Positions 49,405 through 62,400 of a DNA stretch of 64,000 nt are shown here, one piece after another. A program made the position numbers and the translations under genes. This stretch comes from Chiloscyllium plagiosum (Eukaryota). Below the pieces are notes generated by a model, which ran no database searches, was not told the DNA's origin, and saw nothing but the letters and a program-made list of their open reading frames with translations. Numbering within the stretch: position 1 is the stretch's first letter; every line of letters begins with the position of its first letter. The stretch spans positions 62,550,862 through 62,614,861 of the forward strand of contig NC_057719.1 in the NCBI RefSeq assembly GCF_004010195.1. Reading direction: 5' to 3'.

Positions 49405-50148
49405 TGCAGCATCATCATTCAATATGATCATGGCTGATCATGTAATTTCAATATCCCACGCCAGCTTTCTCCCCATACCCCTTGATCCCTTTAGCTGCAA
49501 GGGCCACATCCATCTCCCTCTTGAATGTATCTAATAAACTGGCCCCAACTGCTTCCTGCGGGAGAGAACTCCCCAGGTTCTCCCCAACTCTGAGTGAACC
49601 TCATCTCAGTCCACTGAATGGCTTACCCTTTATTTTAGACTGTGACCCCTAGTTTTGGACTTCTCCAAAATTGGACTAATTATTCCTGCATCCAGCCTGC
49701 CCAGATCCATCAGGACTTTATACGTTTCTGTGAGATGCCCCCCTCATTCTTCTAAATTCCAGTAAATACAAACCCGATGATCCAATCTTTATTCATATTG
49801 TTAGTCCTGCCATCCCAGGAATCAGTCTTTTGTGGACTCCCTCAATAGCAAAAAACTCTTTCATTCGACAGGGAGACGAAAAGTGAATGCAATACCTAAG
49901 GTGTGGCCTCACCAAGGCACTATATAACTCAGCAAACATCCCTACTCCTGTACTGAAATCCTGTCACTGTGAAGGCCAGCATGCCATTAGCTTTCCTCAT
50001 GGCCTGCTGCACCTGCATGCCAACCCTCAGCGACTGTTCCACCATGACCCTCAGGTCTTATTGTACCTCAAATTTTTCTAAACATGCAACCTTTCAGATA
50101 ATAATCTGCCTTCTTGTTTTGGCCACCAAAGTGGGCAACTTCTCATTT
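49405..50148 (-). mobile_element. CR1 RT C-terminus and 3' end (older subfamily)
   Basis: The plus strand shows ggtgtggcctcaccaaggc and atgccattagctttcct, which are reverse complements of CR1 LVRPHL and KANGML. Confidence 0.8.
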
Positions 50149-50420
50149 GAGCCCTGACAATATTGTTGGTAAAAGAACATCAAACCTATGTTCTGAATCT
50201 TGACATATCCTCATAAAGTTGTTCCAGTACCTTAGGTAGGACTCATACCCAGAACAAAGGAAGATGGTTATAGTTGTTGGAGATCAGTCATCTCAGCACC
50301 AGGGCATTTTTTGCAGGAGTTCTTTACTGTCCTAGATCCGATCATCTTCAGCTCTTCATCAATGACCTTCCCTCCATCAGAAGGTGAAATTTATGTTAAT
50401 GATTGCACAATGTTCAATCG

Positions 50421-51422
50421 TCATAGAGATGTACAGCATGGAAACAGACCCTTTGGTCCTGCCCGTCCATCCCAACCCAATCTAGTCCCACCTGCCAGCA
50501 CCTGGCCCATATCCCTCCAAACCCTTCCTATTCATATACCCATCCAGATGCCCCTTAAATTTTGCAATTGTACCAGCCTCCACTACTTCCTCTGGCAGCT
50601 CATTCCATACCGTACCACCCTCTGTGTGAAAAAGTTGCCTCTTGGGTCTCTTTTATATCTTTCCCCTCTCACCCTAAACCTATGCCCTCTAGTTCTGGGC
50701 TCCCCGATCCCAGGGAAAAGATTTTGCCTATTTATCCTGTCCATGCCACTCATAATTTTGTAAACCTCTATAAGGTCACCCCTCAGCCTCCGACGCTCCA
50801 GGGAAAACAGCCCCAGCCTGTTCAGCCTCTCCCCATAGCTCAAATCCTCCAACCCTGGCAACATCCTTGTAAATCTTTTCTGAACCATTTCAAGTTTCAT
50901 AACATCTTTCTGATAGGAAGGAGACCAGAATTGCACGCAATATTCCAACAGTGGCCTAACCAATGTCCTGTACAACCACAACATGACCTCCCAATCCCTG
51001 TACTCAATATTTTGACCAATAAAAGAAAGCATGCCAAACACTTTCAAGGAGGTATGAACCTGCACTCCAAGATCTCTTTGTTCAGCAACACTCCCTGGGA
51101 CCTTACCATTAAGTGTATAAGTCCTGCTAAGATTTGCTTTCCCAAAATGCAGCACCTCGCATTTATCTGAATTAAACTCCATCTGCCACTTCTCAGCCCA
51201 TTGGTCCATCTGGTCAAGATCCTGTTGTAATCTGAGGTAACCCTCTTCACTGTCCACTACACCTCCAATTTTGGTATCATCTGCAAACTTACTAACTGTA
51301 CCTCTTATGCTCCCATCCAAATCATTTATGTAAATGACAAAAAGGACCCAGCACTGAACCTTGTGGCACTCCACTGGTCACAGGCCTCCAGTCTGAAAAA
51401 CAACCCTCCACCACCACCCTCT
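50421..51422 (-). mobile_element. Young CR1/HER1 LINE 3' 1 kb (RT domain with a long open frame)
   Basis: 263-aa ORF at 50583-51374: [53 protein letters not shown]. Confidence 0.97.
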
Positions 51423-51586
51423 TGAATTAGTCAGAGTGCGTATACAGCAAGATCTGACCAACATTCAGGCTTTGACATGGCAAGTAACATTCACTAACAT
51501 AGTGACAGGCATTGATTATCTCCATCAAAAGAGAATCTAACCATTGCCTTTGACAGTCATTGGCATTACCATTGCTGAAATACCCA

Positions 51587-51674
51587 GAGTGGACTGGAAA
51601 AAGCACAGCAGGTCAGGCGGCTTCTGAGGAGCTGGAGACTCGAAGTTTTGGGCATAAGCCCTTCTTCATTCCTC
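51587..51674 (-). mobile_element. Short Penelope pLTR-derived insert
   Basis: Minus-strand gaagaagggcttatgcccaaaacttcgag (decayed hammerhead), with an imperfect TSD ctgaaataccca/ctgaaattccca. Confidence 0.7.
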
Positions 51675-53594
51675 CTGAAATTCCCACTAGCAACATTCTG
51701 TGGGGTTACCAATAGATAATACCATGATTAAATACTGTGAATGCCCCAATAAATACTGTGGCTACAAGAGCAGGTCAGAAGCTAGGAGTTCTTTGGTGAG
51801 GAACCCATTTCCTAACTCCCTATAGCCTGTCCATTATCTACAAGGCACAGGTTGGGAATATGATGGAATACCCCTCATTTACCTGGATTAGTTCAGTTTC
51901 AACAACTTTGTAAAAAGCTTGACATTCAGAACAAAGTATCTTGCTTACTTGGCACCCCATACTGTATCTTCAACTCCATCAATACCAGTGACAACTCCGG
52001 GGCATTGCATTAACCACCGGGCCCCATCAATAGCAACGTGTAAACCCACAACCACCAGCACCTAGCAAGACACGGGCAACAGATGCATGTGTGTGCCAAC
52101 ACCTGTAACTTCCCCTCCAAGCTAAACACCATCCTGACTTGGAACTATGTTGTTGTTCATTCACAGTTGCTGGAGCTCTCTTTTCAATATAACTGTAGGT
52201 GTACCTGCACAAAATGGAATACAGTGGTTCAGAAGTTCAGCTCACCTTCTGAAGGGCAGTTATGATTGGGTAATAAGTGCTGAACCTATCCAGCAAAACC
52301 CACATCTTGTCTGTGAATATGAAACAGAGTGTATACATGTCATTTGCAATCTTTTAAGTTTAGATTTTACTTCTGAAGACAGGAGCAGAGGAATAATCAA
52401 TAGCAGTCGAATCTCTTGTTACACTCAAGGCTTAAAAGTTAATGTTTTTCTTTGTTTAACAAGGAACTCTTACATATCTATCAGCACTGTAGGGTGGGGG
52501 CGATGTGTAATTGAAAAACTGACATGTAGTCTATAAAACAACAATTTCAAAATCACCAGAGCTTGTTTAAATAGGTTAGTTCCAACCTTGCTTTAAATCT
52601 GTTCTTTCAAACAATGGTGTTTTTCAATGCAGTACTGTGCTCAGTTTTTGATATTGAATGATAGTAAACAACTGTAATGCTTTGTGTTCAATTATATCCT
52701 GATATGTATTGTTTTTTTGAGTTGTAATTAAATCCATAATGTCATGATGTAGGAGATAATAATCTGGTACAGGTGGAAGAAGCAAACTGCGTAGCAAATT
52801 AAATTGTCCTGACAAGTAGCTTTATTGGAGGATTAAATGAAAGAGGATTAACTGTACAAATGGAGCATTGATTAAGATAACCAGGGATTATGAGAGATTC
52901 CTCTCAAGCTAGATAAAGAAGTTCATCGCTTGTGGGGCTATATTCACAGAGAAGCAGTATAGTGAGGCTGTGAATATAAGGAGTTATTTGAAGACATGAG
53001 TCACTCACCGGAGTAAATAAGAATGAGAAGTGTTGCTTTGTTCATGACAGTAATTGGGAGAATATAATGGCCTTCATTAGTGTTATTTGCATATACACTT
53101 TCTGTTGTCACAGTAGCAGTCTTTGTAATAAGGTCATTTGTTCACAGCTCAACTGTACACTCGCAGGTTCTTTGCTAGTGAAAGACCACTGTCTTCTGTT
53201 GCTCCTGCACCCACAGCCCAATGAGGAAATAGACAATATATGACTATCTAGATTGTAATGTATATTGAAAACACAGTAACTGCATTTACCTTTGGATTTG
53301 GCTATTAATCAAATTTCGTTTTTATTCATCCAGAACAATTCCATTTCCATTTTAATCACTTGCACGCATGCAGAGAGCTATCACCACCTACAAGGTAATT
53401 TGTGCAAAAGAATTTATTGTCATGTTCCAACATCTGACAAATACCTTTGCCAGCCATTTTGGATCAAAAGCAGTGCCTCTGCAATTATCATCTTGTTGTG
53501 ATTGAGTTGCACATTCAAACCGTGGACCAGAAACTTATCAAGGCTTATGGACTAAGAAGCAGCAATGTAGTTTGGATTTGGATCAGTGATGATC

Positions 53595-53819
53595 TAAGTT
53601 GAGAGTGTGATGTTGAAAAAGCACAGCAGGTCAGGCAGGATCTGAGGAGCAGGAGTATCAATGTTTCAGGTAAAAACCCTTCATCAGGAAGGGCTTCCTG
53701 ATGAATGGCTTTTGCCCGAAACATCTATTTTCCTCCACGGATGCTGCCTGAGCTGCTGTGCTTCATCAGCACCACACTCTCGACTCTAATCTCCAGCATC
53801 TGCAGTCTTCATTTTTGCC
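53595..53819. mobile_element. Palindromic Penelope pLTR-derived insert with a perfect 11-bp TSD
   Basis: TSD cagtgatgatc at 53584-53594 and 53820-53830. Back-to-back CTGATGA...GAAAC cores lie on both strands around 53660-53725. Confidence 0.85.
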
Positions 53820-54140
53820 CAGTGATGATCCATTTCTACTGTAAGACCAGCTGAGTGTACTTGTCCTGATCTTCTTACGTTAGCAAATCGAGGGAAATAG
53901 GTGATGGTCTTTCTCTTAGTTTTCATCTCACATCTGATTATTCTGAAGGGAAAATGCATGTTTTCCTAATAAACATCAAAACACTAATTATTGTAATATT
54001 AGCAATCAGTTAAGTTACTTCTTGTCATTCTAACATTTTAAAGCCTAACAAATTGTGCCCTTGATTTCAAAAATATATACTGCTCTTAAAAATGTGCAAA
54101 ATAAAATATCAGTGTTTTGGCCATTTGATCGGAATTGAAC

Positions 54141-56058
54141 ATTACTCATTAAAGATCAAAAATTCATTAAAATGATCAGATACTTTAGACCAAGAAAAAA
54201 GGAAATGCATATTTGAAGTTAATAAAAAATAACAGAGGCAAATATAGGAAAGAGGAGCAGGAGTAGGCCACTCCAGCCCTTGAGCCTACTCTGTCATTCA
54301 ATAAGATCGTGGTTGAACTGATTACTCTGCATTCTTGCCTATCCACGACAACCTCTTGCAGGGACCAAATTGAAGGGGAGCAGAAAGAGGGGTCAAGCTC
54401 AGGGTGGTTGGATAATGGACACCACAGAGCAATTGCATGAGCTGCAGTGGATGTATGAGGATAGTGCGAAATGAATGAGTGTGTTGTAACTATGACAACA
54501 GATTTCCTGGTCGGAGTAGATACAAACAGCAGTAACAAATTGAGTACACTTCCCAAAAGTGTTGCTTCTTCCAACAATTTCCTGTCACGTTTTTGTTAAT
54601 AAAGGCTGTATGGTTAACCAAACAGGACTTTTTCCATTTTTGCAATGGACTTTGTCGAGCTTAAAAGCTAAAACGTGGAAATATATTACCTATGATTACT
54701 TTCTTGTTTCATTGTTCTCTTTGGATATATGTAACTCCTTTATTCTTAAAGGAAGACAGAATTAGGAAATTACAGGCCTGTCAGCTTTGTCGTAAAGATG
54801 TTAGAAGTGTTATTGAAATCAGTATAGTAGAGCACTGGGAGATTTCAGTCAGACAGAATCAACATAGGGAAAAGGAAATAATGTTTATCCAATCTTTTTG
54901 AATTCTTTGAAGGAGTAACATGTACTGTACTTAGATTTCCAGAAGGCATTTCACAAAGTGTCACATCTAAGGTTATTGCAGAAATCCATAGCTTGTTGTG
55001 AAAGTGAATATATTAGCATGGATATAAGATTGGCTATTAGAGGGGAAGCATGAACAGGATCATTATTGGATTGGTAAGATATAATGAACGTTGTACCACA
55101 GAGATCAATGCAGAGGTCTCAACCTTTTACAATATATGTAAATGACTTGAATGAAGGGGCAGTGTATGGTTGCTAAATTTGTCCCTGACACACAGACTGA
55201 TAGGATAGGAAAGTTAACACTGGGGGAAGAGAAGAAGCAAATGATCAAAATGATTAGAGATTCCAGAGAAACCGAGGAAACTAGAGGTTCAAGTGCATGA
55301 ATCACAAGGTTAGAATGTTGATGCAGTAAGTAATTAGGAAGGCTAATGTCATTGTTGATTGGAAAGAGAATTGAATACAGAAGTAGGAAGGTTAAGCTTA
55401 ATTATACAGGCCATCACTGCAACTGTATCTGGAATCCTGTGCATAGTGTTGGCCTCCTTATTTCAGGAAGGATGTGAATGTGTTTGAAGCAGTTGAGATA
55501 AGATTTACAAGACTAATACCTGGAATAGCCTGCTTGACTTGCAAAGAAACGTTGACAGTCTACTTTATCCAGTCCAGTTTGAAGAGTAAGAGGCGAGATG
55601 ATTGAAACATCCTGAAGGGTTTTGACAGGATACATATGGAAAGGACATTTTCCTCTTTGAAGGATCGAACTAGGAGTCACTGTTTAAAAAAACAAGGTCA
55701 GCCCAGTAAGGGCAGGGGTGAGGAGGAATACTTTCAACAGGTTGTGAGCCCTTGGAACTCTTTCTTGACAAGTGGGGGAAATGGAATCATTGAATATTTT
55801 TAAGGTCAAGGTAGATAGTTGGATTCTTGATAAAGGTAGGGAGGTTGTCATGGATAGGCAAGAATGCGGAGTAATCAGTTCAACCACGATCTTATTGAAT
55901 GACAGAGTAGGCTCAAGGGCTGGAGTGGCCTACTCCTGCTCCTCTTTCCTATATTTTGTCTCTGTTATTTTATTTATTAACCTCAAACATGCATTTCCTT
56001 TTTTCTTGGTCTAAAGGATCTGATCATTTTAATGAATTTTTGATCTTTAATGAGTAAT
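54141..56058. repeat. Inverted duplication of about 215 bp (54141-54355 and 55841-56058)
   Basis: Nearly identical reverse complements. The ORF track shows the same peptide on both strands. Confidence 0.95.
54725..55955 (+). mobile_element. Decayed CR1 RT and 3' end
   Basis: GNYRPVS, YLDFQKAF and YVNDLNEG-like motifs, with tail ggcctactcctgctcct. Confidence 0.85.
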
Positions 56059-56684
56059 TTTTAAAAAATCTTGTTTCTTCATTGTAATTTCCTGTTTACA
56101 TCACTCCATTGAAGAAGTAAGGGTATCTTCTCCTGAACAAGGTGGGTCTTCATTATAACATGGTTCGATGCACTGCAAACGTCCTTTAAATATGAGGGTC
56201 TCGTACACCTCTGAAAAGAGGTGAATATTCATGTAAAAATTCATTTTGAAGGTGAAAAATAGGAGAAAATAGTTTTTCTATTAACACAATCCAGCTACAG
56301 CATTCACATATCAATGGACTTCCACTGTAATTCTTTTGAGCCGGTCAAGAACCAGTGAGTTCAGGCTTAGTATTGTTCATGGAAATGATTCATTAATGTC
56401 TTTCTTAGGTACATAACCAGAGGAACTGTTAGTGATGAGTATGCTCATTCATAGCAGACAGATGAGTAAACCTGTTTCCAATTCAATATTGGTATTTCCC
56501 CTGTGTTTTTTTTCTATTGGTGCTAATTGGCACTGCTGTCTCTTCGGTTGTCATATAGTTCTATATATAACCCTCCAGATGCTTTTCTATTGTGCCACTG
56601 GTCAGTAATCTTAAGGTCCCATGCTGTCAACAACAACAGTGCACCTTCTGAACCTATGAAGGTTGGAGTCTTGCTTCTATCTCC

Positions 56685-58632
56685 TTCTGAAAATTCACAA
56701 ACAGGACCGGGCAGGCTGACCCATTGCTTCAGCCTACTCCTGCCCCATGGAGCTCATCTCTTCCAACCTTGACTCTGTCTTTTCCCCCTGGTTCAGTCCC
56801 TGCCCATGTCCATTTGTGATTCCTCTGATGCTTTACGCCTGTTTTGGAATTTCTGGTTTGCAGGCTGCAGCCGCCACCTCTTTACCATGGACGTGCAATC
56901 CCTTTACAAGTGCATCCCTTGCCAGGATAGTCGCATGGCTCTCCACTTCTTCCTGGAGCAAAGTCCCCACCCACCACCACCCTCCTCCACTTGGTCCTCA
57001 CCCGAAACAATTTCTTATTTAACTCCTCCAGTTTTCTTCAGGTGACCCGTGGATACTTGCCTGGGCTCCAGTTAAACCTGTCTCTTGTGGGGTACGTGGA
57101 ACATTCCTTGTTCCAGTCCTATTCCGGACCCCACCCATAACCCTTTCTCTTGGTGCTGCTTTCCTATCTCATCTAGAAGTGGAGAAGTTCATCGATGTTT
57201 GCTTCCAATTTCCATTCAGCCCTCACTTTCACCTGGTCAATCTCTGACTCCTCCCTTCCCTTCTTCGACAATTCAGTTTCCATTTTTGGAGATAGACTGA
57301 CCACTAATATTCACTGTAAACCCACTGACTCCCACAGCCACCTGCACTATACATCCTCGCACCCTGCTTCCTGTAAAGATGCCATTCCATTCTCCCAGCT
57401 CCGCGGTCTCTGTTGCATGTGTACCAATGAGGACAACTTTGATAAGGAAGAGTCCAAAATGTTCACCACCTTCCTCAACTGAGGATTCCCCAGCACCATT
57501 GTCGACCAGGCCCTCAGCCAGATCTGACCATCTCCTGCAGTTCTCCCCTCATCCCCTGTCTTCCCTCCCACAACAGCGATAGGATTCCCCTTGTCTTTAC
57601 CTACCATCCCACCAACATCCACATCCAGAAGATCATCAGCGAGATGTTACACCAGACGCACATTTCCCTTCTCTTCCTTGTCCACATTCTGCAGGGACCA
57701 TTCCATTGGACACCCTGGTCTGCTCTACCTTCACTCCCAACACCCTCCCACAGACCTACGGTACCTTCCCCTACAACTGCCAAAGGTGTAACACCTGCCC
57801 ATTACCTTTTCCCTTCTCTGGATCCAAGGACCCAAACATCTCTTCCAGGTGCAGCAGCACTTTACCTGCACTTCACACAATCCAGTCAACTGTATTTGCA
57901 GCTTGCAATGTGGTCTCCTCTATATTGGGAAAATGAAGCATAGATTGGATGGCTGTTTCACAGAACATCTATGTTTTGCTCGCAAAAAAGATTCTGAGCT
58001 CCCAGTTGCCTGTCACATTAACACACAACCCTGTTGCCTGGCCAACATCTCTGTCTCTGGCTTGCCACAGTGTTCCAGTGAAGCTCAGCGCAAGCTGGAA
58101 GAATAACACCTTATTTTCTACTTGGGAACCCCGCAACCCTTCGGACTCTATATAGAATTCAATAATTTGAGAGCCTGAACTCTCCCATGCCCTAGCCCCC
58201 GATCCCCACTAGCCAGGCCTTGTTATCACATAGGAGAAGGGCTAATGCCCGAAACATCGATTCTCCTGTTCCCTAGATGCTGCCTGACCTGCTGCGCTTT
58301 TCCAGCAACACATTTCCATCTCTTGTTATCACATAGTCTGCCATTACACACTACCTATCGTTAGCCACTAACAGTCTTCATTAACAGTTATTCACTCTCC
58401 TAGAGAGATCATTATCCACTCCATTGGCTGTTCACCTGTGCTTCTCGCTCTTTGAACTCTATCCCAAACTATCGTTTACCCCTTACCCCCGCCCTCATGC
58501 TATCTCCTTATCTTCTGCATATAAACCGCCATTTTCCTAGCTGCTATCAGTTCTGAGAAAGGGTCACCAGATCTGGAATGTTAACTCTGATTTTTCTTCA
58601 CAGATGCTGCCAGACCTGCAGAGCCTTTCCAG
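56685..58632 (+). mobile_element. Penelope-like element (RT, GIY-YIG endonuclease and pLTR), frameshifted
   Basis: KIHKQ..., LFTMDVQSLYKCIP, FASNFHSALTFTWS..LPFFD..HCKPTDSHSHLHYTSSHP, CGLLYIGKMKHRL..EHL..LPVACH..RKLEE. Confidence 0.95.
58234..58321 (+). mobile_element. 88-bp Penelope pLTR fragment inserted into another PLE, with a 15-bp TSD
   Basis: TSD cttgttatcacatag at 58219-58233 and 58322-58336. The insert starts within a hammerhead (gaagggctaatgcccgaaacatc). Confidence 0.85.
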
Positions 58633-59184
58633 CAACTTCTGTTTTCGTTTCTAAGTAGGAAGGACTTGTCTGGTTATGTATCGCACAATTGGAACACTGT
58701 TTAGTCTTGGTATTTGATTAACTTCTCACATCCAACCCCCAATTAGAGCTCATACCCACTCTCTGAAAATGATTCCCCACACCCTTCTGATCCAGTACTG
58801 CCTCAATCTGACTACCAAGTCCCAGTCCAACATCCACTTCCTCATTCAATGCAGCCTCGGGCACACTCACTACTCGCTAACCCTGTTGAAAGGCTTGAGA
58901 TCTCTAAGTATGTGTGCAGATACAACAGCTGAGAGGGATGGGAGTCCTTTGTGTTGTTCCACTGCCTGATCCCTCTGGGATCACTTTGCTGCGGCTTTGT
59001 TATTCCAGACCAGATCAAACACCCTGACTGCAAGGCTTCAAAAAGATAAGTAGACAATAATCTGAGCAATTGTCAGCATTGGAGACTGCATCTTCGTCTA
59101 TTGGAAAACCCACCCTGCCATAATGTGGGACAATACAACAGTCAATATGCACACAGCAAACGTAAATGATAAAACTGACTAGAG

Positions 59185-59405
59185 TATAGGGGTCATCCTG
59201 CTATAATGTGTGTTTCGTTAACATGAATTCGCTGTAACGTGATTGACAAATTGGGGACACCGTTTCTAAAGCACAATCTTTTAAAATGTGTGTTGGCTGT
59301 AAAGTGATTACATCACCAAAACTCAGTGCTGTTTCTAAAGCACCATTTTTCTACAATGCCAGGGTGCACCAAGAACACAACCATCACGTTATAGAAGAAT
59401 CTGTG
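59185..59405. mobile_element. Tigger/pogo-like MITE inserted in a Deu-SINE remnant
   Basis: Degenerate TIRs (tcctgctataatgtg ... cacgttatagaagaa). Internal gtgattgacaaattgggga is shared with 25046-25246. Confidence 0.7.
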
Positions 59406-62400
59406 TGTGATGTTGGTTGGTGGGCTACTTTTCACCTTAACGTTGAAAGAAATGTCCTGCTCATGTTTGATTCCTGCCTGCAGACCACTGTCCAGTTGAG
59501 TAGCTAAATGTGACCCTTGATAAACAATTGCCCCAAATGCCATCAGCTCATGAATGTGCAGTACAGGAGCATCATCCTGGAGTATGCATTCAAGCCTCTG
59601 GAAGGCAACTTGAGTCCACAACCTCCTTGTTCAAATTATGGAGCTCGCATTGTTTTACCTCTGGCATTTTGTTAACACAAGCAGTTTGAATATATTAATT
59701 TTTCACAACAGGCAGGTTATTGAGCCCTGCTTATTCCTGTACATTTGCTGCACCCTGACTTCAGTTGATTGGATAGAAAAACCAAAATGGCCAAGCCAGT
59801 GCATCATTGTCACACTCTTTCTCAAAATACCATCCATTGGCTTAATGTTCGATGACAAGCGCTTGTCAGTTAATTACTTCCCTCATGGGATAGGTGTCCA
59901 GAATTAACAATTGAACCCACACTGATGGAAAGACCGTAAGCTGGGCTGATTCAGATCTCTTTAGTATTGGCCAGGATGGATCAGATTGAGTTTGTGCTGA
60001 GTTAATCGTTGGATGCAAGATTCTGAATTTTCTGTTCTTTTCAATCACAAACATGCGAACAGATTAATTACACAGAGGGTTGGGCCCATGAGGTTGTAGT
60101 GGCCTGTTTCAGAATTCAGTTACTTGAATCTGTGGCGTTTGACATGGATTGATGGCTTTCGCGGGCTGTGTCTATTGGTGCAGGGAGATTGTTCACATGA
60201 GAAAAAGCTGAACTTTCCATATTTAAGACTTGTGTAGCAGGCGTGTTGGTCTCAGTCTGGGGAAGGAGAAACATTGACGTTGGAATGGTTCTATAAGCAT
60301 GTGCTGTTCAAACAGAATGGAGACATGTTATACTGATGATAACTAACTGATCACTCTACTGACGCTATCTGTTTGTAACTGTGTGTGATTCCAGTACTTG
60401 CACAGACCTACCAGCATATTGTCGGTTTTGCTGCCAGCTGCAGGCAGCTTAGCCCAGGCTGTTTAACGATCTGTGCTGTCAGAAGGAGTGTGCAAATCTG
60501 TTGGCCATGCTCCTTTGAATTATCCGATTACCTTCAATCTGTAAACCAACTTGTTGATGGATTTTTGTTTTTTTGAAAATCGAAAACCTTTTTTTCAAAG
60601 TAACATGTATAATTTTTAGTGCACCAAATTTATGTGGCATTCTTTGTTAACAGGCATGTGATATTTTGTTTCAAAAGCAATGTATCATTTAGATCTCAGT
60701 CCTTATTTTCCACTGAGCCACAGAGAAGAGGACAAAGCAGTTTTTGTCACTTCTAATAAATGTCTGGAGTTTTCACCATGCCTGGTCTGTAAATTTAATT
60801 CTTTATGCAGCCAGTTGGCCATTCTTTTTGCTTTCTTCTGCGTTTAATTTTGCTTATGAATTGGACGTGATTTCAGATACTCAAGTAAGCTACAGATGAG
60901 TCACACTTCCATTGCGTTGTGGGGCAATTCCTTCTCATTATGGTAAAACTCTGTGAAATTTGAAAGACATATTAATTTTGGTACCATGTTGATAAAGTTG
61001 AGAAATGCAGATGAGAGTTGTCAAGTCATTCCACTATACTTTGAGACTCAAGACAATCAAACCTATTCATTTCTTTCTATTCCGCACATTGAAGAGCAGT
61101 GGGTTATATTGGAAGAGAATTTCAGAGGGCCCAAGTGTCCTGACAAAAGATCTGTTCATGGATTAGGTTAGGATCAGTGATGTGCTAGACAACGGGCAAG
61201 CATTTTCCAGAAAAGCCAGATTGTTCCTCTTTTACATCAACCTGAGGGATGGAATGTGAGAGAGCTTTTGAGATTTTGCTGTATTCCACATTGTCAATTA
61301 GATTGACCAATATTAAATTTCAAAGCCTTTCACAACTTCTCATCAACAATTTCTGTCGTTACTGTGAGAAAGTTAATTTTTTCAATACATATTAGCCAAC
61401 ATTAGTAAATATCTATTGGATGTAAGGTTTGTTCAGTGCAACCGATGGTAGTTATGAATCACTTAAAGACGAGCAAGCATACACATTCAAAATCTATATA
61501 AATCTGCCCTAGTTGACCATCTCATTTTCTCTCCATTCAGCTAAAGGTCACCATGGCCTTTTGCATCGCACCCTCATTATTCCCTCAACTGGTAACTGCA
61601 AAGGCAGAAATAAAAAAGAGGAAAATGACTGGTAATACTCGGCATGCCACTCCCATCTGTGGAGCGACAAAACCGAGTTAATGTTTCAGGTCTATGGCCT
61701 TTAAGAACAGATTAGCTGGTCAGCTGTGTATTCCTGTTTGTGAAATGCTTGAGTGCAGAACAGTTGCTGCAGTTAGATGAACAACTGCTTCTTGCAGCCC
61801 AGAGGTAATGCACTGTTGGAAGTACTTTGCAGTGTTTCTGTTTGGTAAGACATCATGGAAGTTTTATTCTGGTGTTTTAAAAATGAGAAAGAATAATAGG
61901 AAGTCAGGCAAGTCATACTGCAGTACCATATGTAGGTGCTGTGCCTCGTGGTATGGGGGTTTCGTCTAGTTTTGGTAAGCATCAATGATTGTGCTTTATG
62001 TCAAGATGGAAGCTATTGTGTCAGTACATAATCCACATTGGTTTATTACTTATAAAAGAATGCTGCTTAAATACATCAGGATGTCAGTCAGTGACACTTG
62101 ACTGCAGCAGGGGGCTATGAATCGTCGTTTTCATATTCTCACTGAAATAAGAAGCTGTGGCAATTCAGTGGCACAGCTTGATGCAGTGCTCTAAATTATA
62201 GAGGTCAGGATAAATCATGATAGAGTACCAGCCCTGTCTGAGTTTAAACTGTTTACCTCATGTGCTCCACAAGCTTCCAGCTGGATTATCTCCACTTTCC
62301 TCTGGTATTAAGTGGGTAGAGATGCAACTGGCTGGGTATCTTTTGAATTGTTCAAGTTTGCAATTATAGCTATTAGCTGAATTATAAGGATTATTATAAC

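Larger units (their letters stand above)
48850..52320 (+). mobile_element. Long decayed CR1/L2-group LINE (family B) with nested CR1 and PLE insertions
   Basis: KSGDQPWFNGECRRAGQEQHQAYLKMR; VLDPIIFS...YVNDCTMF (YADD-like) near 50390; 3' tail gggcagttatgattgggtaataagtgctg. Confidence 0.8.

Noticed and set aside
50583..51374. Longest ORF (263 aa) as a host gene
   Set aside because: It is a 5'-truncated CR1 reverse transcriptase. The overlapping 202-aa and 150-aa plus-strand ORFs are its antisense shadows.
53333..53393. 61-nt AG...GT-bounded candidate exon
   Set aside because: It is not frame-preserving, has a weaker donor and encodes an unrecognised peptide.
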